Part shown: in pieces, positions 26,831-39,463 of the stretch
Layout: every line of letters starts with the position of its first letter
Numbering within the stretch: the stretch's first letter is position 1
Source of the DNA: Felis catus
Lineage: Eukaryota
DNA: 64,000 bases
Direction of reading: 5' to 3'
Assembly: GCF_018350175.1 (NCBI RefSeq)
Contig: NC_058368.1
Span: 233,928,001 to 233,992,000 of the forward strand
Position numbers and translations under genes: made by a program
Notes under the pieces: generated by a model
Seen by the model: the letters and a program-made list of their open reading frames with translations, nothing else
The model's database searches: none
What the model was told of the DNA's origin: nothing

Positions 26831-27172
26831 TGTCCTTAGTCTTCCATAACCAAGTGCTGTGGACCAAGAGACTTAATAACAGAAATTTAGTTTCTCACAA
26901 ATCTGGAGCCTAATATCAACGTGGTCGGTTTCTAGTGAGGGCTTTCTTCCTCGTGTGCAGACGGCCGCCTTCTCACTGTGTTCACGTGCAGGAGGGAGAT
27001 ACAGCTCCCGGACATCTCTGCCCGGAAAGACACGAACTCCGTCAGACCACAGGCCTGCCTGCATGGCCTCATCCACCCCTAATCAGCTCCCAAAGGCCCC
27101 ACATCCAAGTCCATTATGCCGCGAGTTAGGGCTTCCACACGGGAACTTTGGGGGACACAAGCATCCTTAACA
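26831..27172 (-). mobile_element. MaLR LTR (MLT1A-like)
   Basis: aacagaaatttagtttctcacaaatctgga...cttctcactgtgttcacgtg...ctcccaaaggccccac. Confidence 0.8.
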
Positions 27173-27348
27173 TCCTAATACTTTTTTTCCTTTGGGTTTT
27201 ATAAGTCTGAAATTCTAAATATTTCAAAAGATTTACTTTGTATTCTTTTAGAAAATCATCAATGCCTATCACTCAGCTCTAGGCAGCTTCCCCTCATCTT
27301 TTAAACATATAATTCTACCGAGCCATTTATAACACACATATGTCTAAA

Positions 27349-27376
27349 CGCGCGCGCGTGCGTGTGTGTGTGTGCG
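27349..27376. repeat. (CG)n(TG)n alternating purine-pyrimidine tract
   Basis: cgcgcgcgcgtgcgtgtgtgtgtgtgcg. Confidence 0.9.
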
Positions 27377-27715
27377 TCTGTAGTGTCTAATCAGCATCTG
27401 AGAAAAATTACAGAGCTGGATTCATACTTCGCTGCTTACATCAGGTGAAAAAATGAAACTTCAATGAGAATGAAACTTTCAAAGATTCAAAGATGGTAAC
27501 ACTGACAGAGAATACAGAAATGTTGCTAAGAGCCTCAGACAACTCTTTTTAGGCAAAAATTCCCAGCCTCAAGTTACACTGATAAATGTTATATTTGATG
27601 ACCTAGAAAAACGAAAATGTGCTGCTGCATGGAAAAAATAAATTCCAGCAATAAAGTAAAAATCAAAACAAAACAAAACAATCAACCAGGAAAATGTTTA
27701 TAACATGTATCACGA

Positions 27716-27915
27716 GGGCGCCTGGGTGGCTCAGTCGGTTAAGCATCCGACTCCTGGTTTCGGCTCGGGTCATGATCTCATAGTTTGTGAGTGTGAATCC
27801 CACATTCAGCTCTGTGCTGACAGTGCGGAGCCTGCTTGGGATTTCTTTCTCCCTCTCTCGCTGCCCCTCCCCAGCTTGCACTCTTTCAAAAAATAAATAA
27901 ATAAAGATTTAAAAA
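27716..27915 (+). mobile_element. Can-SINE
   Basis: GGGCGCCTGGGTGGCTCAG head, TAAA tail. Confidence 0.93.
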
Positions 27916-28946
27916 CACACATGTCGCAAATGCAGGCTGATGTCTCTAAGGCAGATCAGCAAAAGCAAACAAAAACTCAACCCAACAGGGAGTCCGTAAT
28001 AAATGTGAAGAAATATTTTAAAATATATAAAAAGAAATGCAACCTTGCTTGTTAAAAAAATATAATAACTTCGAAAGCCTTAATAGATGGAACATCATAA
28101 GTAAAATGGAAAAAGTTTAAAACATACACTAAGAACTAAGGGAGACACCATTTTCAATTGTGAGGTTAACAAAAAAATGTTTTGAAAGCTTCACGGACGT
28201 GGGCGAAAGTGTGGAGAAATCCATTCTGACGTGTTGTGGTTGACGCATTCTTTAATATCACTTCTTTCAAGAATAATATGACTCTAATATTATCCAAATT
28301 TAAGAACGACATACCCTTTGACTTGATGATTCTCTCCCAGAAGATTCTCTCTTGGACGATAAAGTACACACCCACGGGTATCCAGTGGGGTATTGGTTGG
28401 AGAGACAAAGCACTAGAATCAATACCACTTGGTTCTGCGAATCATGTTTATTCAATAAAATTCCAGGTGACCTTACAATGAAGGAGGGAGGCTCACGTTT
28501 TAAAAATTACATTTTTAAAATTACATTTCACAATGCATTGATGGATTTTCTTTAACTACTCATCATGTACATGCATTACATCAAAAGCAACCACAGCAGC
28601 AACAGCCCTGATGATAGTTTGTGGGGAAGTTTTCATCTAACAAGGTGACTACTAGGAAAAATCTTATTGTTTCTAATTAAGCACATGTCAGAACTAGTAG
28701 AGTTATTGTCCTTAATTAGCCCTCTCCCTATTTCCCTCTGTCCACCTGATCACACAAAATGCATGTTGCATGGATTCTAAATAGACACCCATCATCTCCA
28801 GGGTCTACTTTGTATCTTTTATTCTGTGTTTTCCATAAACACCTACATTTGCTGACTGCTTACCGTATGCCAGGCCTTTGCTAGGCACATAACACTGACC
28901 TGTAAAGTCGACACAGTTCTTCGTCAATTTGAACACAAAGCTCTCT

Positions 28947-29166
28947 GGGGCGCCTGGGGGGCTCAGTCAGTTAAGTGTCCGACTTCAGCTCAGGTCATGA
29001 TCTTATGGTTTGTGAGTTCCAGCCCCGTGTTGGGCTCTGTACTGACAGCCCAGAGCCTGGAGCCTGCTTGGGATTCTGTGTCCCCTCTCTCTCTGCTCCT
29101 TCCCCTTCGCTCTCTGTCTCTCTCGGTCTCTCGCAAATAAATAAATGTTAACAACAACAACAAAAA
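28947..29166 (+). mobile_element. Can-SINE
   Basis: typical head; (AAC)n tail. Confidence 0.94.
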
Positions 29167-30711
29167 GAGTCTCTTATGAAAACGAAGCTCTCCAACAATG
29201 AAGCAATAAGACTTCCTTGAAAAATACTTTTGTACATCTCCATTCCCAGAGTTTGAAATAACAATTTTAACGATTAAAATAGTAATTTTAATAATGTAAC
29301 AATCGCATGTAACAGCGGTTTTCATAATTGAAATCATATTTTGATAATGTAACACTTGTTAATGTGGTAATAATTATAATTCTAAAGAGCTGGAAGTCAG
29401 GAAGCAAGCACGCAGGCTACTGCATTTTGCTTTGGAATCGTATTTGCTCAAATTCTTTTTCTAAAGTTTACTTGGGCTTTTTTGTTTTACTTCTTTTTCT
29501 TTTTTTCTTTTCTTTTCTGGAAGTGCAGCTGAGCACAACTAGGTCAAGACAGTTAAAAAGAAAATCATTTTTAGCCACTTATCTTCGCCAGAAAATCTGT
29601 TGAAAGTGAATTTGCTGCTGTCAAAAAAAAAAAAAAAAGCTGTGTAATGCCAGTTTTTAAGTGTACATGGTATTTTGAATTTGACTTTCTGGAACAAAAT
29701 CCAGGTGGGGGAGAAGCCCTCATTACCATTTCTTTTACTTGTTCTGTTTTAATTCATCCGCTTCCGAGTACAGTCACCTTACTGATGCAAAGCTGTCCAT
29801 GTGGAATAATTCAAGGTGAATCCCTGTGCATTTAGAGTAATTCCTGAGCAGAGCTATTAACCAAAAAGTAATTCATTAAAAATACTTTAATCAAGACCTA
29901 TTGCAGACTTCATTGTCGTGCCGTCACTTGCACAAAAAGTTAAATGTAAAAGAAACGTATTCGCAAAAAAACGTGGCAAAATTCGCAACCCGCAAGATGC
30001 CAGATCACGCCGCGCTTTGCGGCTGTGCTCTCGGAGATGTGCGCATCCAGATACATTTTTCAATACAAAATGTAATTAGGAAACATCACACAAAATCATT
30101 ATGTATTTGAGCCGACTGGAAGCAATTCTTTGTTCATTTTCTCTCTTGCGCTCTGAGATATTAACCTTCAGAATATTTCCCAGCAGACCCAAGTCATTAC
30201 TTTCACAGAAGAGGCCAATTCAGCTAAGCCACGCGGCACTGCTCTATATTTATCACCCAGTAGATGCAGGCTCTGGGCGGGGCTGGGAGGTTAGGGGTGA
30301 ATTAAACACTCTCGAGTCTGGTTAAGTGTGGATGGACCTCTCAACACGGTGCAGTTGCCAAGGAACAGCACCATAGCTCACGTGGCCGTCCCTGTGCTGG
30401 AGGAGAAGGCAAGGATAGGGAGGCCCGCAGAGGAGGAGAGCTCGAGATACTTCTGGTAGAATAAAAAGGCTGTGATGCTTTCAGGAAATGCCAGGCTTCC
30501 TGGAAAGCAATGCAAGCGGACAGAGAGTTCGTCGAGGTGGGGATACGGACAGAAATCAAGGCAAAGGAAGACCGAGGCCTGTGGACTCCCAGAATGGCGG
30601 TGTTATCAACTTCAGATTGTTAAAATACACTGGAAGGCACTAAAGGACTCCAAACAATAGTAAGCAAGTCGACAATTACAACATATAGCTCTTAAGGTAT
30701 AAAAGTGCTTT

Positions 30712-30927
30712 GGGGCGCCAGGGTGGCTCAGTCGGTTAAGCTTGCGACTTTGGCTCAGGTCACCATCTCTCAGTTTGTGAGTTTGAGCCCCACGTCGGGC
30801 GCCGTGCTGACGGCTCAGAGCCTGGAGCCTGCTTTGGATTCTGTGTGTCCCTCTCTCTCAGCCCCTTCCTTGCTCATGCTCTATCTCTGTCTCTCTCTCG
30901 AAAATAAATAAACATTAAAAAAAAGAA
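30712..30927 (+). mobile_element. Can-SINE
   Basis: TSD ATAAAAGTGCTT. Confidence 0.95.
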
Positions 30928-31644
30928 ATAAAAGTGCTTCAGTCATATCTGTACCTACCCTGAGTCTCACTGAAAATTTTCATCATTAATAGATTCAGCG
31001 ATGCCCCTGATGATGTTGTGTTATGTATCTAGGATTCCTCCCTTGTTCTGGGAAGTGTACGACCCATGCATACTGCAGGCTGTGACCAACCAAGTCCAAG
31101 ATTGCCTGGGTAGCATCTATAGCCCAATATCAGACCTCTCCAACCTCTGAGGTTTGTCTTGCCCTAGATGGCGTGCTTGGCTGCTGATTCTCCACTGGGT
31201 ACATCCTTCCATCCCATGGTTCCCAGCACCCTGCCATCCAGAACCCCTCCACACATGGAGACCACCAAGAGCCATAACCAACAGCCCCCTCGAAAGAATC
31301 CAGAGATGTAAACACTGGGAAGGCCATGGCTGACTTTACCTTACTGCCTCTACAGCAGTACTGGAAGTCTACAAAGGACGCTTTGAGTTGAATGAAGAAG
31401 AGGGGTTAGAGACAGGAAATTAAAATGTGGGAAGAGAAATGCAGCCTCCAAATGAGTGTTCCGTCAATTGAATGAACAAGCCCAAATAGAAGTTAATTGT
31501 GTGCAAGAGACGCTTGTGTTTTGCTTGCTGCTGATGTATCTACCTCCGAGAGAGGACGTTTCCAATCGGCCCTTCATAGAGATGTACAACTTCACCCATT
31601 AGGTGGTCCAAGGACAAAGAAATTCCTCACAGAAACTTTCCCCA

Positions 31645-31925
31645 CATAGTGGGTTGGATCGTGTCCCCAGAAAAGACATGTCCAAGTCTAGGACAGAGGC
31701 AGGGGTCAGAACAATGCTGCCATATGCCACAGAATGCCAAGAGTCACAAGAAGCTGGGGGAGGCAAGGAAGTATCCTTCCCTCGAGCCTTCGGAGGGAGC
31801 GTGGTCCTGTTGACATCTTGGCTTCAGACTTCTGGCCCCTGAAACTGTAAGAGAATACGTTTCTTTTGTTTTAAGCCATCGATGCTGTGATAATGTCTCT
31901 GAGCAGCCCCAGGAAAGTAAAATAT
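31645..31925 (+). mobile_element. MaLR LTR (MLT1C-like, internally deleted)
   Basis: gggttggatcgtgtcccc...gagccttcggagggagcgtggtcctg...ttttaagcca. Confidence 0.8.
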
Positions 31926-32429
31926 CCCCAACCTGTGTTATTTAGTCTGGGTCAGGCTAACACTCAGGGGAAGGAGGAGATTGGGGAGTGCGGAAGAGGT
32001 GGGAAGCTTCAGGGGGCCGGCGGAGGATGGAGCACAGAATGACAAGCCTAGTCCGGTATCCGGTGCCGCAAGGTCAAGCATGGATCCAATTCTGTGTGGA
32101 CATGGGACTGGATCACATCGGACTGAATCATGGTTGAGTCAAACACTTGCCATGTATCTCAAAGACCGATGTAAATTCTGAACGAGGGTACAGTCTAGTT
32201 CCATGCTGGAAATAAAAACTTTGCCTTCAGTGCCACACCAGGTTCACATACTCCTGCCCAGAATGGAAGTTTCACTTCACAATGTGAATGTGAATGTAAA
32301 TGTAACATCTCCCTTTAGTCTCCCCTCCACCCATACCATCCTCTGGCCACGGCGTTGGCCCGGGGCTTGCCGGAGCCATAAAGATCATGACGACGTCAAT
32401 AATAAAGCTATAAATAAAAAGAATTGCAG

Positions 32430-32610
32430 GCACTAATGTAGCACCTACTATGTTCCCAGAATGGTTCTAAGCAGCTTAAATCCTTATACATATTACGTTT
32501 TCAAAAAAAAAAAATCTGAGACTGGCAATTATTATCCCCATTTTGTTAGAAGAGGCTAAACACAGAACGTGACTCGTTCGAAGACACAGCTTGCTAGCAA
32601 ATGGCAAGGA
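32430..32610. mobile_element. MIR fragment
   Basis: gcacctactatgttcccag...ttattatccccattttg. Confidence 0.6.
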
Positions 32611-32649
32611 CTTGGTCCCATTACAGAATGTACACCTGTGTATGGAGAC

Positions 32650-32823
32650 TGTCCTGGGTTGACTTGTGTCCCTCCAAAAGACATGTTGCAGCCCAAATCC
32701 TGCGAAAGTGGCTTTATTTGGAAATAGGGACTTTGCAGGTATAGTCCGTTAAGACAAGGTCATCAGGGTGGGCCCTAACCCAATATGTTTGGTGTCCCTC
32801 TAAGAGGAGGTAAGTAGGGCACA

Positions 32824-32865
<42 letters not shown>

Positions 32866-33138
32866 AGAAGGCCATGTGAAGACGCAGACGCAACGGGAAG
32901 ATGGCCACGTGCAGACACAGAACGCAGTGATGCTGTCGCAGACCAGGAAACCCGCCACCGCAGGAAGCTGGAAAAGGAGGGAAAGCATCCTTCCCAGAGG
33001 CTTTGGAGGAAGCCCAGCCCTGCCCACACCTTGATTTTGGCCTTCTGGCCTCCAGAACCATGAGAAAATAAATTCCTGTGGTTTTAAGCCACCCAGTTCG
33101 TGGTACTTAGTTACTGCAGCCCTAGGATAAACTAATAC
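32650..33138 (+). mobile_element. MaLR LTR (MLT1C-like) with (CA)n at 32826-32862
   Basis: tgtcctgggttgacttgtgtccc...ttatttggaaataggg...gcagccctaggataaactaatac. Confidence 0.88.
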
Positions 33139-33586
33139 GGAAATCTAGGGAATTTTCAGAAATTACTAATTTTCTTTTTCTCTTCTATTTGTGTTTAGAT
33201 TTTTTTAATTAGAAAAATAACGGACAGCTAAGTAATGAGGCAAGCACCCTGAACTCACCCCCCAGGTCCCAGAAATACAAAACGTTCAGGGCCCCCAGAA
33301 GCCTCCTGCACGCATAACAGTCTTCTGAACTTATATTCTCTTAGTACCTCAGTAGGCATCTTCGTATTACAGTTGGGTTTTGGCCGTCTTTTATCCTTGT
33401 AAAAGGAGCCATGCAGCATGGATGACCAGTGAGCTCATCGGTATAAAGATGAGCAGAGGCTCCCCTCGCTTGCCCGGCTCATGTTGTGCCAGTGAGATCA
33501 TCCTAACACCCCACGGACTAGGTTCTTCACTTTGCCCCTCTTCAGGAGTGCCTTGCCTACTGCTGGCTCTCTTAATTTCCATAGAA

Positions 33587-33809
33587 ATTAAAAAAAAATT
33601 TTAATGTTTACTTATCGTTGAGAGACAGGGAGAGTCAGAACGTGAGTGGAGGAGGGGCAGAGAGAGAGGGGGAGACTGAGAATCCGAAGCAGGCTTCAGG
33701 CTCTGAGCTGTCAGCGCAGAGCCCGACGTGGGCTCCAACCAAGGAACGGTGAGATCATGACCTGAGCCAAGGTCGAATGCCTAACCGACTGAGCCACCCA
33801 GGCGCCCCC
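33587..33809 (-). mobile_element. Can-SINE
   Basis: TSD ATTTCCATAGAA (33575-33586/33810-33821). Confidence 0.96.
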
Positions 33810-34261
33810 ATTTCCATAGAACTTTTAGAATCAGCTTGTTAAGTTCCATTTGAAAACAGCTGTTGGGGTTTTTATTCTACTCCATTGAATCCATAGATGA
33901 TAATGGGGAGAACTGGTATTTTCTCAATACCGAATATTCTTCTATATAAATGTGCTGTTATCTGTCCATTTCCTTACTTCATAATTCCTTAAACATATCC
34001 CACAGGTGACTGGATTGAATTACTGGGCATAATTTATTAGAATTCTTAAGTAACTTGCTGTTTTTATGCTATTTTACATTTATATCTTTAATTTCATGTT
34101 CTGTTTGTTTCTCATATATGGAAAGACCTGTTAATTTCTGTTTATTGACACAATAGCAAATACATTACACTTTTAAATTCTAATAATTTTTCATAGGTTT
34201 TGTTATAATTTCAAGATATCAAACATTGACATCATCTGCTAATGTTTGCTTTTCTTTCTTT

Positions 34262-34459
34262 TTTTAAGTTTATTTATTTATTTTGAGAGAGAGAGAGAGA
34301 GAGAGAGCATGAGGGAGGGGCAGAGAAAAAGGGAGAGAGAGAATCCCAAGCAGACAGCGCAGAGCCCAATGTGGGGCTCGAACTCATGAACCGAGAGATC
34401 GTGACCTGAGCTGAGATCAAGAGTCGGACGCTTAACTGACTGAGTCACCCAGGTGCCCC
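34262..34459 (-). mobile_element. Can-SINE
   Basis: antisense head, (GA)n. Confidence 0.93.
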
Positions 34460-35645
34460 ACTTTTATTTCTTCCCGTCCAAATATTCTACATCATTTTTT
34501 TTTTCCTTTTTTCACTGCAGAGACTAGGACTCTGGAACAAAGTTCACCAGAAGCGGTAAGAGTGAGCACGCCTGCTTGATCCCAGTGTCAGAAAAGAGCA
34601 TTCCAACATTTTGCCATTTAAGTGATATTTACCACTTAAGAGAGCTAGTGTTTACTGTAGTGGTTTCTAAAAATACCTTTCCAAGATTGAGAGAATTCCT
34701 TTCAGCTACTGGTATTTGATGGCTTTTTAAAAAGCATCAACAAACACTGATGATTATAGAACACATTTGCTGCGTCTGTTGAGATGATCGTCCTACTTTC
34801 CTTCTTGACTCTACGCATGCAGTGAATCGCAGTGTTGATTTCGAAGGTTAAACAGTTCTCATTTCTGAAATCTGGAGCCAACTGACTAACCGTGATGCAG
34901 GGTCACACATTGCTATAGATTTAGAATTTTTAAGAGCATGTTTTTAAAATGATGTTTTTAATTGTATGTGCACATGCAAAACAAAACAACTTCAAAACTA
35001 TGTCTGTACTATACGTAAATACTTCCTTTTTCAATTTTTGGTAACAGATTGTTTAAAACTGGTATCATTTTTCTGTTAAACATTGGGTAGATTTTATTGG
35101 TGATGCTATTTGGGCTCAGAAACTTCCTTGTCAGCCTTGGTAATCTGTATCTTTTATGACTGTGTCTGTTATGTCCAAATTTTAAATTTCCTCGAGCTAT
35201 TTGTAATATCCTCCTGTGATCTTTTTTATTATGTGTCAATCTGCAAGAAATTACTCTTTTTCATTTCTGGTGCTGGTCTAGAAGTAGTCCCTGCCTCCTC
35301 TCCTTTCTTGTTTTTCTTTGCTTTTTTTTCCTCTTGCTTTTACCATGGATTTATCAATTTTATTAGTCTTATTAAAGAAGCAACTTTTGTTTTATTCACC
35401 ATGGATATTATATATTTTTTCTGTCTCATTAATTTCTGCCTTTATCTTCACTTTTTCTTCTAATATCTTTTGATTAATTTTGCAGCTTTCTCTGCAACAC
35501 TCTAAGATGAGTCTTTAGATCACTGATTGTTCACTCTCTTCTTGTTTTAGTACAATGAGAAGTCGCCCAAGCTAAAAAGGCTAGTGATAGGACCTCAGTG
35601 ACATTTTAAAAAGTACTGTTCTGGCTAAGTTCAAAAGATATGATC

Positions 35646-35883
35646 GGGGCACCTGGGTGGTTCAGTTGGTTAAGTGTCTGACTCTTGATATCAGCTAAGG
35701 TCATGATCTCACCATCATGAGATCAAGCCTGTGCATTGGGCTCCACATAGGATGTGGAGCCTGTGTAGGATGCTCTCTCTCTCGCTCTCTCTCTCTCTCT
35801 GCCCCTCCCCCACTCATGTTCTCCTTCTCTCTTTCTCTCTCTATCTCTCTGTGTCTCTCAAAATAAATACGGAAACTTAAAAG
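35646..35883 (+). mobile_element. Can-SINE (older subfamily)
   Basis: TSD AAAAGATATGATC. Confidence 0.94.
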
Positions 35884-36099
35884 AAAAGATATGATCATAA
35901 TTAACATTATATTTCACAGGCATTCTATGCTTACTTCTGAAAAACTAAGTAAACACTCAGAAACCCATATAATGGCAACTTGCCTTTTCAATTCTAGAGT
36001 TGTTTCAATGGTAAATATAGAAGGAAAATAATTGAAAAAGAAAAGATTTCAGAGAAAGTCAGACCTTCAAACAAAGGGAAAAGGGAACATCATTATAGC

Positions 36100-37860
36100 A
36101 TGAGTTCAGGTGTGTTAAACCAGATGGAAAGATGATGCTTCAACAAATCCAACAAGCAAGCCATGGATTTTAAAGACAAAGGAAGTCTATGAAATGAAAC
36201 CAGCATCCTTGAAGTTCATTTCCATAAGACCTCCTAATGCAAGTCGAATCATCTTGGAATCACAGGTCTTTATCTCTTACATGAGCATACCTGGATGGTT
36301 ACTTCATTCTCTGACACCCAGGATAAAGCAAGGAAAAGAATACCGTGATGTCTTTCACACTTACAGACAAGCCCATTTGTACTGACTTGCTATTATCTCA
36401 AAACAAGAAAAACCGAAAGAGCCTACCAAGTTGACCTTGTAAAGAGAGATCAAGTTCTTCTTTGTGAACATGTATTAAATGGAAACTTCGAAAAACTTGA
36501 GACTGCAGAAATCAAGTACCGACATTTGGAACAGGTGAGTAATCTACACTAAATCCATCAAAGCCTTTTGCTCGACAAAATGTAAGTGTTTCAAGTGGTG
36601 TCAGTCCACTGTTGAGCAAGTTCTTTGGCAGTAGGAGATATTTCTAATTGCTGACCACCTCGATAGGAACTTTTGCTGTGGTAAAAGTGAAGGCACCTAT
36701 GACAAATTCTGAAGCAAAAGTTCTGAAGCAATGGCAAGAGGAAATTAGAGATTAAAGATGTTAACCTGCAGAAATATCTGGAAAGAACAAAAGAGGAGGA
36801 TGGCATCCCTTAAGCTAATAGCTATCCTGTTCTTCTGTTTACAGGTTTAGAAAGCAAAGGTTTTAAAACATGATAGCATCCACATAAGAGTGAAAACATA
36901 TGGTATCTGTCTTTCTCTGTATGACTTTTTTCACTTCGCATAACACTCTCCAGTTCCATCCATGTTGGTACAAAAGGCCATATTTCATTCTTTCTCATTG
37001 CCACGTAGTGTTCCATTGTGTATATAAACCACAATTTCTTTATCCATTCATCAGTTGATGGACATTTAGGCTCTTTCCATAATTTGGCTATTGTTGAGAG
37101 TGCTGCTATAAACATTGTGGTACATGTGCCCCTATGCATCAGCACTCCTGGATCCCTTGGGTAAATTCCTAGCAGTGCTATGTTTTCACTCTTATGTGGA
37201 TCCTGATTAACTTCACAGAAGACCGTGGGGGAGGGGAAGGAAAAAAAAAAGTTAGAGAGGGAAGGATCCAAACCATAAAAGACTATTAAACACTGAGAAC
37301 AATCTGAGGGTTGATGGGGGGGGGGGGGCGGGTAGGAGGGAGGGGAGGGTGGGTGATAAGTATTGAGGAGGGCACCTGTTGGGATGAGCACTAGGTGTTG
37401 TATGGAAACCAATTTGACAATAAATTTCATATTAAAATTTTTTAAATAAAAAAATAAAATAAAATGTAAATGAACCATGAATGGGAAAACAAAAACAACA
37501 ACAACAAACGTGACAGCAGCTACTTCAAGCATAGAATGAGGAGCACAGTCTAAGGATGGTCCCGTGAAGTGTTGTTACAGGAGCTTACAAGATGGCAGAG
37601 CACATTATCCTCACGTGCCTTCCTGGCTCAGAGGACAAAGCATTTGTTCAATCTCCACACACTTCATGGATCTGCTCACCTGACCACATGTCACGGACGG
37701 ACCAGGTAATGGAGGAAGCAGACAGGTTCAGAAGGGCTCCTATCTTCAAGGAAGACACGTCTTTCTCGTCACACAAGTTACAGAATCCAAGACATAAAAC
37801 TCAAAGGGGGTGACTCATTGGCAAGAGCAAAACGGGAATGGAAGAATCTCCTGACGAGGA
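36100..37860 (+). mobile_element. Ancient RTE-clade LINE relic (L4/MamRTE-like), interrupted by L1
   Basis: decayed RT-like motifs EMKPA...I..E...LLHSLTPRI, KKNRK..REIK, KSIKAFCS, LLSKF and C-terminal LARAKREWKNLL in the expected order. Confidence 0.5.
36878..37505. mobile_element. Felid L1 3' end with 5' inversion (twin priming)
   Basis: 36878-37180 antisense ORF2 C-terminus (KLWKEPKCPSTDEWIKK); 37179-37470 sense 3' UTR plus A-tail. Confidence 0.93.
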
Positions 37861-38329
37861 AAATGATGACAGAGAAGTGAGAATAATTTGATGCTTACAG
37901 GGCTGAGATCAAGGAAGAGAAAGAATGGGGAAAAAGCCAACTTGTGCTGAGGAAAATGGGGAGGGATGTGGGAAAGACCCTGATGACCAAGACAGAGAAA
38001 ATGGCGCACAAGTGAGAGGAGAAACAGAGGTGCTGACCTAGGTCCCTGAAGCACAATGACCCACGATGGCCAAACAACTGTCCAACCGAACAAAACAAAT
38101 CCTGGTCCTCCTGGTTCAGCTTGGCTTGGTTCTCCTGAGGGACGTGGTCCTTGTGAGAGTTTGTCAGGACCCAACGCACGTTCCCAAAGTCATACCATGG
38201 TGCCCATGCCACACCTGAGTGAGAACTCTGTAAACAAAGGTTTTGCTCAACTGTCATAAGCTCTGCACAGTAAATAGCAAAGATGTATTCATATGTGTGG
38301 AAGTGATTCACCCCCTCAATGATAACATG

Positions 38330-39330
38330 TCAAGTTTGAACAAAGAAATATATGCATACCTTATCAATTAATTCGCTTTTAAGGTGTCTCATGTAGGCAA
38401 AAGTATGATGACATAGGCAATTTCATACCCGGATTGTGGGGATGTAGACCAATGCAACTGTTTTGAAAAACAATTAAGTATAATTTATCAAGATTCTTAA
38501 AATGTTTATTCCTCTTCCCTCATCAGTGCTAGCTGTAGGTATTTATACTGAAGGAATGATCTGTTGTAGCTGTGCACAAATACTTGTGTTCAGAGATGTT
38601 CATTAAGTTATTTTAGATACTAGTAAAAGGATAGAAACAACCTAAATATTCAAAATAGTCGACTCGTTAGGCCAATTATATATATCTTGCACCATATTTG
38701 TCGTATAACAAGTCATTACAAAGCTTAATGGCTTAAATTAAAAATCATTTGTTCTGCAGGTTGACAGTTTGGGCTGGCCTCCACATGGCCGTTCGTGTAG
38801 TTTCCTCTGGGTTTGGCTCTCCGAGCTGTTTTCGATGTCCCATCTGGTGCCTCGGCTGGGGAGACCGGGGTGACCAGAGGTCTTTGCCACACGGTTCTCC
38901 CCCTCCAGCACATTAGCTTGGGGATTAAAGAGTGCATTTGGAAATGTGCAAAGGTTCTTGAGGCTCAGCCTCAGACTAAAACATGTCTTTTCAACCACAG
39001 GGTATTGGCCAAAGCAAGTCCTGGTTCAGCCCAGACTCAAGTAAGTGATAGATTCTACCTCTTCATGACAAGTGCCCATTTTGGTCATTGATCCCAGTTG
39101 CTAAAATACTCTGCAGCCATGAAAATCCCATGTGTGTGGTCACTCTATGGAAAAATTTATGTCAATGCTAAATGAAAAGATAAAGGATGCAAATTTGAAT
39201 AGACAGTGTGAGGGCAAAATAAGCTCGCTATAAAAGTAGAAAATAATACAACTGGAAATTAATAATAATTGTGTTTTAGTGGCAGAACAATGGATGATGT
39301 TTCTGTTCCTCTTTACATTTCTGTGTTTTG
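38330..39330 (+). mobile_element. Old L1ME-like 3' fragments interrupted by an MLT LTR
   Basis: agatgttcatt...tagaaacaacctaaatattc // aaaatactctgcagccatgaaaa. Confidence 0.55.
38700..39095 (-). mobile_element. MaLR LTR (MLT1-type)
   Basis: ataacaagtca...aaagcttaatggcttaaa...gtattggccaaagcaagtc...gcccagactcaa. Confidence 0.7.
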
Positions 39331-39357
39331 AAAGTCCCAATATAATGTGAACATTTG

Positions 39358-39426
39358 TGCATGTATATGTATATGCACACACACACACACACATGCACAC
39401 ACAGGTGCACACATGCTTGTGCACAG

Positions 39427-39460
<34 letters not shown>
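39358..39460. repeat. Compound (CA)n/(GA)n microsatellite
   Basis: seen directly. Confidence 0.9.

Positions 39461-39463
<3 letters not shown>

Larger units (their letters stand above)
33200..35530 (-). mobile_element. Ancient L1M ORF2/3' remnants (interrupted by SINEs)
   Basis: ttttagaatcagcttgttaagttcc...tgcgtctgttgagatgatc...tttatcaattttattagtc, T-rich antisense L1 signature. Confidence 0.65.

Noticed and set aside
36440..36540. Apparent exon ending ...GAACAG|GTGAGT
   Set aside because: Good donor but no convincing acceptor or known protein; better explained as part of the RTE-like relic, though exonisation cannot be excluded.
36822..37532. Longest ORF (236 aa, minus strand)
   Set aside because: Chimeric read-through of antisense L1 3' UTR and the inverted L1 ORF2 C-terminus; not a gene.
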